Assembly (NCBI GenBank): GCA_051294375.1
Contig: CM119263.1
Location: 12,317,723 to 12,381,722 of the forward strand
Direction of reading: 5' to 3'
DNA: 64,000 nt
DNA from: Paraspadella gotoi
Lineage: Eukaryota; Animalia; Chaetognatha
The position numbers and the translations under genes were made by a program. Below the pieces are notes generated by a model. It saw only the letters and a program-made list of their open reading frames with translations, was not told the DNA's origin and did not search any database. Shown piece by piece: positions 12,621 to 27,070 of this stretch. Within the stretch, counting starts at the first letter, position 1, and each line of letters begins with the position of its first letter.

Positions 12621-15600
12621 TCCTCTCTCTCCTCTCTCTCTCCTCTCTCTCTTCCCGGGATTGACGGTAAAAACCTTATGAAGATTGAGGAGCGAAATGA
12701 ATTAAAGCGAATTGAAGATCCTTGATGAAAAAATACTTATTCATTGCCAACGGCTTTTCAGTCGGCGCCGCTCAACACAGTTTGCTTTCATTCCTGAACA
12801 AAAGAGTGTTATGGCGTGACGTTTAGATGACAATCACCATAGTTTTTTTCTCCCTTTTATTCTAAATGATCAGCATCGCCAATTTGCGTGTTGCTCTCCC
12901 TAAACACAATCACATTTCCCTTTTGTTTATAGTTGTCGAGAATCCAAATCTGCGGTTTAGTGGCGCTGGTGTTATTTCTTCTTCTCTGCTTCATCCTCAT
13001 ACTACACCAACGAATCTAAATTTGGCACAGAGTGAGTATGAATGAAAACGAAAGCGAAAGCTTAACGAGGTGATAATCGATTTAAATTATCAATTATATG
13101 ATTCGATTTTCAGGGACGAGTGACCTCACGCCCAACTCGACTCCTCACGCATCTCGTCTCAGTCACCACGGAGAAGTTCATGGAGTTTCGTCTCTCGCAC
13201 GACGAGACTTCGAATCGGACGCGAGAGAGGATCAAGACGGTCGTCGATGTGGCCCGGGCCGATGCAAAGAAGGCTTTTGACAACGCCACCGAGTCGTCCG
13301 AAAGGCAGGGCCCGTCGTTGTCGATGAGGCTTCTTATATTTCTTCTTATTTTTATTTCTTCTTATATTACTTTTAATTCCCCTTCTCTCCAGCAATTTAG
13401 AGGGCTCGACTCTTTTCGAAATTCCGCTCACGGAGCACCACAACATCATGGGACGCCTGAATGAGCTGCAAAGATCGAAGAATGCTTTGGCGATGAAACT
13501 ACGATTGGAGACCGACCGAAAAAGATGGCGCGACTCAGGTTTCTCTGGAGCGGGAGCTGGAACGGAACATCGCTTTCGCTCGGCGTGGACTCGAAAGTGC
13601 ATCGCCCTCGAGAAGCGAAACTTTCAAGCGGAACTTAGGAATCGTCTCTGACGTGGAGCGGGTGAGTCAAGGTCGAGACGAGGGTGGTTAGAGAATGAGG
13701 CGAGAGTGAGGTAAGGGTGATTTGAGGGTGGCAGATTTTTGTAGAAGAAGCGTTAGAATGTTTCGAAATGTTTTGATGGCTTCGTTTTGCTCAGTGGTCA
13801 GCGTTGATTGTGATTTATTAAGCTGTTCGGGAGAGTTCGAAATTAATTATCACGAGCAAACTATCTCACGCGCCAACTTTTGGATCTCTGACTATAGATC
13901 ACCCGTCAACCTGGTTCGCGATCGAAACGACGTTGAGGAATCATCGCCAACTGGCGTCGGAGATCAAAAGCAAGCTCAACACCTTCGATGACTCCTTCAA
14001 ACGGCGCTCAGGCGAGTGGACACGCCCATCTCGGAAAGATAGTTGATAGGTCGAAATTATTAAAGAGAAAAAATAATTGGTAAATGGAATGGGTAAATAA
14101 TAAAAATTACTTAAATTTTTTAGGAATTTGGAATAGGAGATTATAAATTGATTGGGATATAAACTGTATTGATTTGTAACAGAGACAATGCGCGAATCCG
14201 TTGGAGCATCACTGCGACAAGAACGCGGACTGCGTGGACAACTATCAAGGGATACCTGCTTCTGCAACATGGTTACACGGAGACGGGAAGATTGTCAGGT
14301 TCAGTCGGCCATGGAAACGGCTAGCGTAGCGAGAATAACAACTAGAAGTTAATTCTCGACATCAATCCAGGACATAAAACGAATGCCGGAGGCAATTCCC
14401 CTCACAGAGTGTCCACCCAACGCCAACTGCGTCAACAACGAGGCTTCATAACTCGTGCGTGTGCAAGCCGGGATTCAGCGGGGACGGGAAGCGCAAATGC
14501 GACGATGTCAAACGAGTGCTCGTCAAATCCTTGCCAAACCTGGCGCTGCAGCAACAGTCAGGGTCGGGATGAAATTCTCAAATATTCAAATGCTCAACGC
14601 TTAAAACGCTCAAATACTCATTACAGTAGTCTCAGGTTCTTTTCAATGCATCTGTCGCCAAGGGTACGAAGGTGACGGGATCGCTTCCTGTACACGATGT
14701 CGACGAATGCGACGGCGTCAAATCAACGAATGTCACGCAGACGCCATATGCAACAACATGTCGGCAGTTACACTTGCAAGTGAGACATTTGCTAGAAGAT
14801 TTAAGAACATTGGCGTTTTTTTTTTTAGGAGTGCGATCACGTATTTACGCAATTTGCGATCGTTTTTGAATCAAACCTGTTTTTTTAATTCAATTAAGTG
14901 AATCATTGATTTAAAATTACTTAACTAAAATTGATAATACTTTTGATTCTTAGGTGCAAACACAGGATTTAGAGGAGACGGATACGTGTGCACCGACATC
15001 GACGAATGCGCAACTGGTTTGATTCAATTAATTTTGTTCACTCAACGATTGTTTGTCAGCATGATTTGTACGTTTCGAATAACTTATTGGATTTAATGGC
15101 AAAGGAACCTCACTTGCGACGTGAATGCGAATTGCAGCAACACACCGCTGGCGGATACTCTTGCGCTTGCGTTGTGGATACGAAGGTGACGGTAAATCGT
15201 GCAGCGAGTCGACGAATGCAGGTTATTTTTTTATATTTTCCGTAATTTCGTTTTTGACGAATGATTTTTTTCAGTGAATACATTTTCTGCAGAAGAACAT
15301 AGTGTAAGCGCCGACGCGACTTGCAGCAACAGCGCGGGCTCGTACGCTTGCACCTGAAACGGGGTTTCCAGGGGGACGGAAGTGTTTGCGACGAGTTAAT
15401 GATGCGCGCGATGTCACCCTCAACAACTGCAGCGCTCACGGCATTTGTCACAATTCCGCGGAGGATTTAGCTGCAGCAGCTGTCCACCGATTCGCACGTG
15501 GGCGACGGTTACAACCTGCGCCGTGGATTTCATGAAGGTGGTTTGAATATTCATGAAGGAGGAAAAGATAGAAAGATAAGAAAAAGAAAAAACAAGACAA

Positions 15601-16867
15601 AACAAATCAATTTAAAGCAGACAAAATCTGTCGAAATTTCAAAAATGACAATTATGGAGGACACAGTGATTGCGTATATAATATTGTTTCATATTTTATA
15701 TTAGTGAAAAATAAGTTCAATTTGAGCCATGTTAAAATTCTATATGTAATAAAGCTATTTTTTTCTTTATATTTCTAGAGGAGATGCGAATCTTTTTTTC
15801 TCCGTTTCTCAGGCTTCGGGAAACTACACCTACACGTTGAACGCGGAAACTGGGACAGGGAAGCGGGGTTGCGAGGGGCTGGGGGCTACTTGGTCATCAT
15901 CGGTTCCGAAGAAGAGGACCGCCTAGTTCGAGAGAAGCCTGGCTACGACAACTCGAAGCGGTGGTGGTCGGTGCCAAATGCGAAAGCCGAACAGGTGAAA
16001 CTAAGAAAACGTAGTAAGTCCTAGTACCTACCTTGGTCAAGAATAGCAATCATCGATCACTTTAATTTTCTTCGCCATTTGGAGAGTTAATGGAAGAGAA
16101 ACATTGGCAATATTTTCTTAATCTTCAACATCGGATTCGAGCAAATGATTAAGTCTCACTCCGCGTATCTCGCCGATTTCGAACAGATATTTTTGGGCGA
16201 CACCAAGTCAACTTCAGGACTCGTACCCGCCCATCGGTTCGGGGCGGATCCAACATCGAAGAGTGCGAAGCCACCCGTCGATGGCATCACTATCACGGGA
16301 ACCGTGGCAACTCAACGGGTGGGACCGACATCAGGATCTCAGATTTCAACCGGCGGGGAGGTTATATCTGCAAATTCCTGAAGACAACCGAACTCGTTTA
16401 GACCTAGTTTTCGATTCCAGTTTGAATAAAACTTCGTGTCACTTGGCCGTATTTTTCATTTGGTATGAATCAGAAATATTATACAAATTTCAAGCATATT
16501 ACGTAGTTAGATAGTTTAACCTTAATCCGTGACTAATGAACGCCTACACGCTTCAATTTTAGGAATATCATAATGAATCAAACACTCGCCACTAATCAAT
16601 ATTCTATTAACAAATATTTTGAGGCAAGGTGGGTTTGCCTGCAGTACCCGGCGCAGGGGGTATCACCGTTGGCCAAGGGGCCTCGGACCCTTGCTGTCAA
16701 TGTCACTGCATGTTTCAAAACATTTTTGCCAGAACCGGAATATTTGGGTCCTTGAACCCTGGGCACAACGGTTGAGACGAGAATGATTTACGCCGTTCAC
16801 ATAAAAACAAGGCTAAGTCGAGGTCAATTTAAGTCGTATGGCGTTTAATATTCAATGTTTAAAAGGA
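6768..16867 (+). repeat. Copy A: reverse complement of 27760-37816 (probable assembly artefact or alternative haplotype)
   Basis: Colinear inverted match to 27760-37816. It starts at a 25-N gap and ends where the left contig stops (..GGATCCT at 6742). Confidence 0.92.
12323..16381 (+). CDS. Redundant, frameshift-riddled copy of the EGF-CTLD receptor gene G2 (in copy A)
   Basis: Same exons as 28238-32318 on the opposite strand. Confidence 0.75.
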
Positions 16868-17125
16868 ACTTAAATGTACCTCGACTTAGCCTCGTTTTTA
16901 TGGCTGAACGGGCTAAATCATCTCGTCTCAACCGTGTGCCCAGGGTTCAAGGTACCCAAATATTCCGGTTCTGGCAAAAATGTTTGAAACATGCCAGTGA
17001 CATTGACAGCAAGGGTCCGAGGCCCCTTGGCCAACAGTGTGATACCCCCTGCCCCGGGTACTGCAGGCAAACCCACCGTTGCCTCAAAATATTTGTTAAT
17101 AGAATATGATTAGTGGCGAGTGTTT
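16868..17125 (+). repeat. Fold-back segment: inverted repeat of ~16580-16835, same orientation as 27793-28036
   Basis: ACTTAAATGTACCTCGACTTAGCC.. is the reverse complement of the preceding ..GGCTAAGTCGAGGTCAATTTAAGT. Confidence 0.9.
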
Positions 17126-17150
17126 NNNNNNNNNNNNNNNNNNNNNNNNN

Positions 17151-20100
17151 AAGCAGAGAAGATCAATCTCACTCACCTGATAAAATAATTTCGTTGGTCA
17201 GACATTTTTTTCCGGTGAGGGTTTTCGATCGCGCCGATCGTCGGCGCTTCTACAACTCCACGAAACCGCTACGGCCTAAGCAACCACGCGCTTCGCATCT
17301 CTCAGGGCCGACAACGCCGACGCATCCGTTTCACGCGCCATCGCCGACGCAGCCGCAGCTGTCGGCGCAGACGGCTTCAGTCAAAAGACTTCGAGAGCGT
17401 CGTCCACTGAATCCGCGGCATCGAAAGGGGGATGGCTGGTTTTGAAGATGCGCTGGTTGGCGTCGATGCGAACCTGAAAGAAGGAGAAGTAGTTGACTTA
17501 ATTTTTTACTACAACGTTTTCAGAGGAAACTAAGCCTAACTTCAGCGCGCCTATTGGAGGATTTTGTGATTTAGTGTAGTTTTTTTTACTCTGGTTGGTT
17601 TTTTTTATGCTTTTTCAGTCCGTATTTTTTTTTTCTTATTTGCCTCTTGGACTGTCTCTTTATCTTTGCCTTATTTGTCTTTCTGTTTTGTACAGACTAC
17701 AGCGTGTCTATCAGCATCTTGACTCTAGCTTTTCTCTAAGCCTCCGTTTCAAGGATTCTTAATTCATCGGTAATTCACTCCAGGCGCCCCAATCACGCCA
17801 TAGCGACGGCAGTCTGCGGTGGCGGCGGCCACCTTTGCACGCTTCGCCGTTCGAGGAAACTCGCGGAGCCATCTGGTCTCCCTCGATTCCTAAAGTACGG
17901 GCGCCGTCGTCCTTGTAAGCTTCACACGTGGGCGCGCCGAGTGTAGACGTCGTCGAGGTCGTGAACCGGCGCGCCGCTTCGGAGGATGACGCGGCGCTGG
18001 GAGAGACGTCGACGAAGGAAAGACGTCTAAGGTTTGGGGGATAAAGCAGATAGTGCTAATTTATAAAACGGGAAACGGGCGGCCGTTGCTTTTGCTGTGA
18101 ATGTTTAGAATGCGCATGGAAACCATCATACAACTAGATAATAACCGAAAAAGAAAAGCCAAACATTTACAGAAAAAAAAACCACGCGATAAAACTATCT
18201 AACCTTGCAAAAAGTTTGATGACGAGTTTATTGTTTCCGACGGACATTTCCTGGACGACGGCGACGTCGCTTAATTCCGAGAGTCTCTCTCTCAATCTGC
18301 GTTGAGGAAGAAGAAGTCGTTTTCAAGTCATTTGCATTTTTCATCGGAGCAGAGAAAAAAGGTTGAAGGCGAAGCGCGATTCCTCGCTAATTGCGCCTCG
18401 CGGCTTTTTCCTCTCGTCCGGGCTAATTTCGTTTCACGGCCTCTCAATCACTCAAACTCTCAGAACATCTGCGTAGGTTTTTCACAGCACTGTGTGTCTC
18501 TCTCGCACTATCAGTCTACTCAGCTCAGCAATCAGATACTTTTTTCACATTTGTCAGCTTCTTTCCATCTCTTGATACCCTATGACATTTTGTGTCTTAT
18601 CTTATTCCCAACATAGCCTTTCTTATTCACTAATGGCTCTGATTAAGTGATGGTCCTTTCTATATTCTCACTGACACATGGGCTAACACAATATCCTGGA
18701 CTCACGATCGCTTTTCGATGTCCTTTTTTTTCATTTCCTCTGGCTGATCAGCTGTGGGCGAATTCCTTTAATGACCCGACCTCTGATCTCACTTCATCAG
18801 CCTTTTTCAAACTGAGACTCTTTTTCTCTTTTTCTTTAACCTACTTAATCTCAAATATAGTTTTAAACAGGGCATTAAAAAAAAAGGTATATCTCAAGTA
18901 AAAACAACTAATCTTCTATTTCCACTCCTTTTGGCTTCGAAAAATTTACATTAAGTTATGGCAACGGGGTATGCCTTAGATAGTGATCTGGCTCTATTTT
19001 CACAATGTTTAAGCCGCTTGGGATCTTACCTGGACTCCGAAGCGTCCTTCCCTTCCCGTTTCGTATCCGATTTCTGTTTTCTTGCAACTGCGCACTTTTC
19101 TCTCGCTCATTTCGATGATCCGACTCATTTCCACACAACAGGCCTGTAAATATGGGAGGAAGGGGAGGGAAGGAGACGTGATGGGATTTTTGGGGAGGAG
19201 TGAAAGTGAGCGCTCAGTTGGGAGAAAAAAAGAGTGAATGTTGGTATGTTAAGGGGGAATTTTAGAAGAAGAAAAAATTGTATTGGCTTTGAACGGAGTG
19301 AGGGAACAAGGAAGTGAGGACGATTATGCGAAAAAAAGAAGCGGGCGGGTAAAACCTTTGAACTCTGGTGGTCAGGAATGTTTCGAGAACGTGCGGAAAG
19401 GAATGTTGGTAGGGAGAGCTGAAGGTTCATGACAAGTTGTTAAAGTTAAGGGTTTTCATCGTGGTTGTGGAGGGATCAAAGGAACAGGGAGAAAAACATC
19501 AAGAGTTCTTTACTACCGACTTTGCAAATAATTTTGCGCATTTCTTTACATCGTCGATTGTTCAAAATTAATGATCCAGTTCAGTCGATCACTCACAACG
19601 GAATCACTAATCAATAATCACTTTTTTTTAACCCGGTAGTTTTTCAGTCATCCATCCATCCGTACATCCATTCATCATCCAATTGCTTTAGCGTTGGATC
19701 TCGTCTCTGAGCAGTTTTGGCGACGAACTCCACTCCAGGACGCGACGCCGGGCTTGTTCCTATTCGCAGTTGCTGGAAGGAAGGGGCGGAAGAGTAGAAG
19801 TGCGAAAAGGGGACGTGGAAAGGATGAGAGGAAAATAGGAAAATAAAATAGAGGAAAAAGTATGATTTCAACTAAAACGTTGATATTTATGGTCAAACTG
19901 TTCTGTCTCGACAAGCTAAAATTGTGTAGAGGCAACAAGCGAGACTTTTAATCAAGGATTGCAACTTGATATGTTACAGAAAAAAAACCCAAAAAACCCA
20001 AACGACCTCGCGTCAAATAGTGCACGGAATCAAAGGACGAAACTAGTGACCTGTTCGGTGATTTCCAGATTCACAATCCAAATACCCTTCGTTTCGTTCG

Positions 20101-20496
20101 AGAACAATTTGGGAGGATCCTTGGGGTCGCAAATTGAATCAAAATCGAAACCCTTATGTTTTTTCGCTAATCAATTTTTTTTTCTATTCTTTTCTCGCGC
20201 CACGATATTCAGTCTAATCTAACGTACACCTTTCAAGTTATCGGCTATAACTATAATTACAAGGTCAACACCTGCGCTGCTAAAGATAAATCTCCCCGTC
20301 CCTCAAGGTTACCACCCTTCGTTAATCTCCTCAGTCGACCCCTCCTCCTCTCCACCTTTTGTGAGAAATGACGTCCAAAGTTCGATTATTTTCTTCGGTA
20401 AAGATAACAAATTCGCTCATCTCTCCTCTCTCTCTGTTTGTCTCTCTCTCTCTCTCTCTATCCGCATTCAACTCCGGACACAAGGGGCGGGTTTGA

Positions 20497-20558
<62 letters not shown>

Positions 20559-22390
20559 GGAAATATTTTGTATTTTGTCATTTAATTAATCGTCTACTTT
20601 TTAAAGAAAACGAGTGGCGCAATATCGGTGTCTCTTCATTGTTTCCGATGAAGAAAATAGAATTTAAACGTATGATGAGAGATTTTGTGTCAAAGCTAAG
20701 CAAACTTTAATGACCCAAATAAAAGGAATCCTTGACTATTTCCGTCACTTTTCATCGTCCTTTACATGCTGGTTCGACGTTTCAACACGGAGTATATATT
20801 TCGTAAAGAAAGAAAGCAGAAATGAATTAAGACCAATCGTTTTCTTCGGTTATGGACCCCAATTATTTTCCCTTTTTTGCTCGACGATTTCTCCCCTTTT
20901 TTTCGCTTGACTAATTTTTTTCTAAAAAAAATTAAATTTAGCGAAAAAAATAAAAATAAGAACACAAACAGCAACGTGATAAATTTTATTCTTCCGCCGG
21001 CTTCTACCGTAAATATAAAATCAAAACAAAAAAAAATATCAAACCGTGGATTTTAAAAACACAAAAAAAAATTGTTGAACAAAAAGTGGGAATCCAAAAT
21101 AAAAACCAGACATGATCCTCCTCATAGCAATTGGCCGCGATGATCCCATCCACTGCCGTTCTCGTTTCGATCCGAACGGAATCTTGAGTAACGCTTTCAA
21201 CTAGATCGACATTCTCCGCGTCTGTAAAACCCGCTCACCACTTGATCCACCCCTTTCACCACTCTTGCCAACCCAGCTCTCCAACCACTCTTCAGACACA
21301 CCCTTTGGTCCACTCTCTCCGCTTCGGATGACGATGTCGGCGGACTTCAAATTTCGCTCCTTCGCCAACGAGGACGAAGACGACACTGGGTTCGGGGCGG
21401 AGCCGAGGGGGAGAGAGAGAGAGAGAGGCGCGAGAGGGAGAGCAGAGAAAGAGCGAGGGAGGGAAAGAGGGAGGAGAGGATGGAACGGGAAATCTTTCCG
21501 AGGACAAAAGGAGGAAAATCGTCCCGGGGGAAATTTCAAGTAAAGTCGCTTCGGCGAAAGAAAAAAAAAAACGACTATGGGGGTTTTTCGTGTTTTTTTG
21601 GGGTTTTTTTTTTGGTTTTTTTTTCCGTTCCGGGGATTTACTTTCTTTATATTTGCCACTGGCGTCGCAACAAGGTTCAGAACGCTTTATAGACGGTTAT
21701 TTTTTTAAAATTATACATAACATTACAATTATAATTATTTTTTTATGTAAGAAATGTACGTATTCATAAACAAAGATTTTCAAAATGGTATTGCCAATTA
21801 CCTATGTTATTACAAATCATTTCTTAGTTTTAGGTTGGTCGAGTTTTTGATATACATCTTTAAATATTATGTAAAAATATAATGATAAGAATCGTGAAGC
21901 ATCGAAAATTAATTTTCGTTTTTTTAAACAATTTACTACTACTGTTTACTTTTATTATATTTATGAATAATCGTCCCAATACTGATTTCCACTTCAGGTT
22001 CCGCCTTTTCATCTCGGAGTTTCCAACAAGTTGGGCGGGGCCTTACCCTACGAGCTGCGATTGTGGAGCGGGTGAGTTAAACAGAGATGTTGTTTCCCAC
22101 TGACTGTGATTTATTGATGCGCAATAAACGTAAATTCAAAGTCGAAGGTAATATAAAAATGAAAAAAAAGCTTGCTGCGCGTTTCCACGTTTCCGACGTT
22201 TCCCGGAAGTGACGCGTATTAATCGTTAATGGCGGAAAAATCGTCCGTCCATAGACTTCCCTTTCGGAGGTGAGGCGCTATTTTGAGATGTTTATGAAGG
22301 CGCGTCTGTCATTTCGATTTCCCCGAGTGAATATGAGAGGCTTCAGAATGCGGATCCATTAACGGGGATTTCGCCTCAAATGTCAGTGGC

Positions 22391-22421
<31 letters not shown>

Positions 22422-22931
22422 AGATAGAGAGAGAGAACATGTGTTTGTCAGAGTAGAGAAGAGTGAAATTAGAAAAAAGGAAAAAAATCTCCCAAGAAAG
22501 AAAGGGAACGCGAAAAGAGGAAGCGAGAGAGAGCCAAGCAGACAAGCAGAGAGAGCCTAAAGCCGGGCCAAGCGACTTAATAGGGTTGCCAAAACGCCTC
22601 CCCTTTATCCCATTTCTCCCGCCATTGAATATTTTACGAGTTAGAAAAACCGTTTAGATCCGTTCTTGCGGTGTTTTTGTTGCGGCAGCGAATATGGAAG
22701 CAGAGGAGGAGATAAAAACTAAAAAGAAATTGGAAGCGGAAAGAAAAGAAGTCGATGCAGAAGTGAAAACGAAACCGGAAGCGGAATTGAAGAAAAAAAA
22801 AACCGGATGAAGAAGCGGACACGAACCGGAAGCGAAAACTAGTTTGTCTTCTAGCTCCTCTGACAAAGCGGAAAACGAAGAATATCGAAGGTGGAACGTC
22901 TGCAATTTTTTCTTTCCCCGACAACCGTCTT

Positions 22932-22991
<60 letters not shown>

Positions 22992-25900
22992 TCCTCTCTC
23001 TCCTCTCTCTCTCCTCTCTCTCTTCCCGGGATTGACGGTAAAAACCTTATGAAGATTGAGGAGCGAAATGAATTAAAGCGAATTGAAGATCCTTGATGAA
23101 AAAATACTTATTCATTGCCAACGGCTTTTCAGTCGGCGCCGCTCAACACAGTTTGCTTTCATTCCTGAACAAAAGAGTGTTATGGCGTGACGTTTAGATG
23201 ACAATCACCATAGTTTTTTTCTCCCTTTTATTCTAAATGATCAGCATCGCCAATTTGCGTGTTGCTCTCCCTAAACACAATCACATTTCCCTTTTGTTTA
23301 TAGTTGTCGAGAATCCAAATCTGCGGTTTAGTGGCGCTGGTGTTATTTCTTCTTCTCTGCTTCATCCTCATACTACACCAACGAATCTAAATTTGGCACA
23401 GAGTGAGTATGAATGAAAACGAAAGCGAAAGCTTAACGAGGTGATAATCGATTTAAATTATCAATTATATGATTCGATTTTCAGGGACGAGTGACCTCAC
23501 GCCCAACTCGACTCCTCACGCATCTCGTCTCAGTCACCACGGAGAAGTTCATGGAGTTTCGTCTCTCGCACGACGAGACTTCGAATCGGACGCGAGAGAG
23601 GATCAAGACGGTCGTCGATGTGGCCCGGGCCGATGCAAAGAAGGCTTTTGACAACGCCACCGAGTCGTCCGAAAGGCAGGGCCCGTCGTTGTCGATGAGG
23701 CTTCTTATATTTCTTCTTATTTTTATTTCTTCTTATATTACTTTTAATTCCCCTTCTCTCCAGCAATTTAGAGGGCTCGACTCTTTTCGAAATTCCGCTC
23801 ACGGAGCACCACAACATCATGGGACGCCTGAATGAGCTGCAAAGATCGAAGAATGCTTTGGCGATGAAACTACGATTGGAGACCGACCGAAAAAGATGGC
23901 GCGACTCAGGTTTCTCTGGAGCGGGAGCTGGAACGGAACATCGCTTTCGCTCGGCGTGGACTCGAAAGTGCATCGCCCTCGAGAAGCGAAACTTTCAAGC
24001 GGAACTTAGGAATCGTCTCTGACGTGGAGCGGGTGAGTCAAGGTCGAGACGAGGGTGGTTAGAGAATGAGGCGAGAGTGAGGTAAGGGTGATTTGAGGGT
24101 GGCAGATTTTTGTAGAAGAAGCGTTAGAATGTTTCGAAATGTTTTGATGGCTTCGTTTTGCTCAGTGGTCAGCGTTGATTGTGATTTATTAAGCTGTTCG
24201 GGAGAGTTCGAAATTAATTATCACGAGCAAACTATCTCACGCGCCAACTTTTGGATCTCTGACTATAGATCACCCGTCAACCTGGTTCGCGATCGAAACG
24301 ACGTTGAGGAATCATCGCCAACTGGCGTCGGAGATCAAAAGCAAGCTCAACACCTTCGATGACTCCTTCAAACGGCGCTCAGGCGAGTGGACACGCCCAT
24401 CTCGGAAAGATAGTTGATAGGTCGAAATTATTAAAGAGAAAAAATAATTGGTAAATGGAATGGGTAAATAATAAAAATTACTTAAATTTTTTAGGAATTT
24501 GGAATAGGAGATTATAAATTGATTGGGATATAAACTGTATTGATTTGTAACAGAGACAATGCGCGAATCCGTTGGAGCATCACTGCGACAAGAACGCGGA
24601 CTGCGTGGACAACTATCAAGGGATACCTGCTTCTGCAACATGGTTACACGGAGACGGGAAGATTGTCAGGTTCAGTCGGCCATGGAAACGGCTAGCGTAG
24701 CGAGAATAACAACTAGAAGTTAATTCTCGACATCAATCCAGGACATAAAACGAATGCCGGAGGCAATTCCCCTCACAGAGTGTCCACCCAACGCCAACTG
24801 CGTCAACAACGAGGTTCATAACTCGTGCGTGTGCAAGCCGGGATTCAGCGGGGACGGGAAGCGCAAATGCGACGATGTCAAACGAGTGCTCGTCAAATCC
24901 TTGCCAAACCTGGCGCTGCAGCAACAGTCAGGGTCGGGATGAAATTCTCAAATATTCAAATGCTCAACGCTTAAAACGCTCAAATACTCATTACAGTAGT
25001 CTCAGGTTCTTTTCAATGCATCTGTCGCCAAGGGTACGAAGGTGACGGGATCGCTTCCTGTACACGATGTCGACGAATGCGACGGCGTCAAATCAACGAA
25101 TGTCACGCAGACGCCATATGCAACAACATGTCGGCAGTTACACTTGCAAGTGAGACATTTGCTAGAAGATTTAAGAACATTGGCGTTTTTTTTTTTAGGA
25201 GTGCGATCACGTATTTACGCAATTTGCGATCGTTTTTGAATCAAACCTGTTTTTTTAATTCAATTAAGTGAATCATTGATTTAAAATTACTTAAATAAAA
25301 TTGATAATACTTTTGATTCTTAGGTGCAAACACAGGATTTAGAGGAGACGGATACGTGTGCACCGACATCGACGAATGCGCAACTGGTTTGATTCAATTA
25401 ATTTTATTCACTCAACGATTGTTTGTCAGCATGATTTGTACGTTTCGAATAACTTATTGGATTTAATGGCAAAGGAACCTCACTTGCGACGTGAATGCGA
25501 ATTGCAGCAACACACCGCTGGCGGATACTCTTGCGCTTGCGTTGTGGATACGAAGGTGACGGTAAATCGTGCAGCGAGTCGACGAATGCAGGTTATTTTT
25601 TTATATTTTCCGTAATTTCGTTTTTGACGAATGATTTTTTTCAGTGAATACATTTTCTGCAGACGAACATAGTGTAAGCGCCGACGCGACTTGCAGCAAC
25701 AGCGCGGGCTCGTACGCTTGCACCTGAAACGGGGTTTCCAGGGGGACGGAAGTGTTTGCGACGAGTTAATGATGCGCGCGATGTCACCCTCAACAACTGC
25801 AGCGCTCACGGCATTTGTCACAATTCCGCGGAGGATTTAGCTGCAGCAGCTGTCCACCGATTCGCACGTGGGCGACGGTTACAACCTGCGCCGTGGATTT

Positions 25901-26950
25901 CATGAAGGTGGTTTGAATATTCATGAAGGAGGAAAAGATAGAAAGATAAGAAAAAGAAAAAACAAGACAAAACAAATCAATTTAAAGCAGACAAAATCTG
26001 TCGAAATTTCAAAAATGACAATTATGGAGGACACAGTGATTGCGTATATAATATTGTTTCATATTTTATATTAGTGAAAAATAAGTTCAATTTGAGCCAT
26101 GTTAAAATTCTATATGTAATAAAGCTATTTTTTTCTTTATATTTCTAGAGGAGATGCGAATCTTTTTTTCTCCGTTTCTCAGGCTTCGGGAAACTACACC
26201 TACACGTTGAACGCGGAAACTGGGACAGGGAAGCGGGGTTGCGAGGGGCTGGGGGCTACTTGGTCATCATCGGTTCCGAAGAAGAGGACCGCCTAGTTCG
26301 AGAGAAGCTGGCTACGACAATGAAGGGTGGTGGGTCGGTGCCAAATGCGAAAGCCGGAACAGGTGAAACTAAGAAAACGTAGTAAGTCCTAGTACCTACC
26401 TTGGTCAAGAAATAGCAATCCATCGATCACTTTAATTTTCTTCGCCATTTGGAGAGTTAATGGAAGAGAAACATTGCAATATTTTCTTAATCTTCAACAT
26501 CGGATTCGAGCAAATGATTAAGTCTCACTCCGCGTATCTCGCCGATTTCGAACAGATATTTTTGGGCGACACCAAGTCAACTTCAGGACTCGTACCCGCC
26601 CATCGGTTCGGGGCGGATCCAACATCGACAGAGTGCGATGCCACCCGTCGATGGCATCACTATCACGGGAACCGTGGCAACTCAACGGGTGGGACCGACA
26701 TCAGGATCTCAGATTTCAACCGGCGGGGAGGTTATATCTGCAATATTCCTGAAGACAACCGAACCGTTTAGACCTAGTTTTCGATTCCAGTTTGAATAAA
26801 ACTTCGTGTCACTTGGCCGTATTTTTCATTTGGATGAATCAAAGAAATATTATACAAATTCAAGCATATTACGTAGTTAGATAGTTTAACCTTAATCCGT
26901 GACTATGAACGCCTAAACACGCTTCATTTTAGGAATAATCATAATGAATC
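17151..26950 (+). repeat. Copy B: direct tandem copy of copy A (offset about 10370 through the middle)
   Basis: Identical start AAGCAGAGAAGATCAATCTC after a 25-N gap. Identical ORFs recur at a +10370/10371 offset, including shared frameshift errors. Confidence 0.95.
22694..26752 (+). CDS. Redundant copy of the EGF-CTLD receptor gene G2 (in copy B)
   Basis: Same exons, e.g. ORF 24754 [34 protein letters not shown]. Confidence 0.75.
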
Positions 26951-27070
26951 GCGGGTACGAGTCCTGGAAGTTGACGTTGGTGTGCGCCCAAAAATATCTG
27001 TTCGAAATCGGCGAGATACGCGGAGTGAGACTTAATCATTTGCTCGAATCCGATGTTGAAGATTAAGAAA

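Noticed and set aside
12323-16381. Pseudogenisation of the EGF-CTLD gene
   Set aside because: Frameshifts differ between copies A/B and the inverted copy and are mostly homopolymer-type, so they are probably sequencing errors
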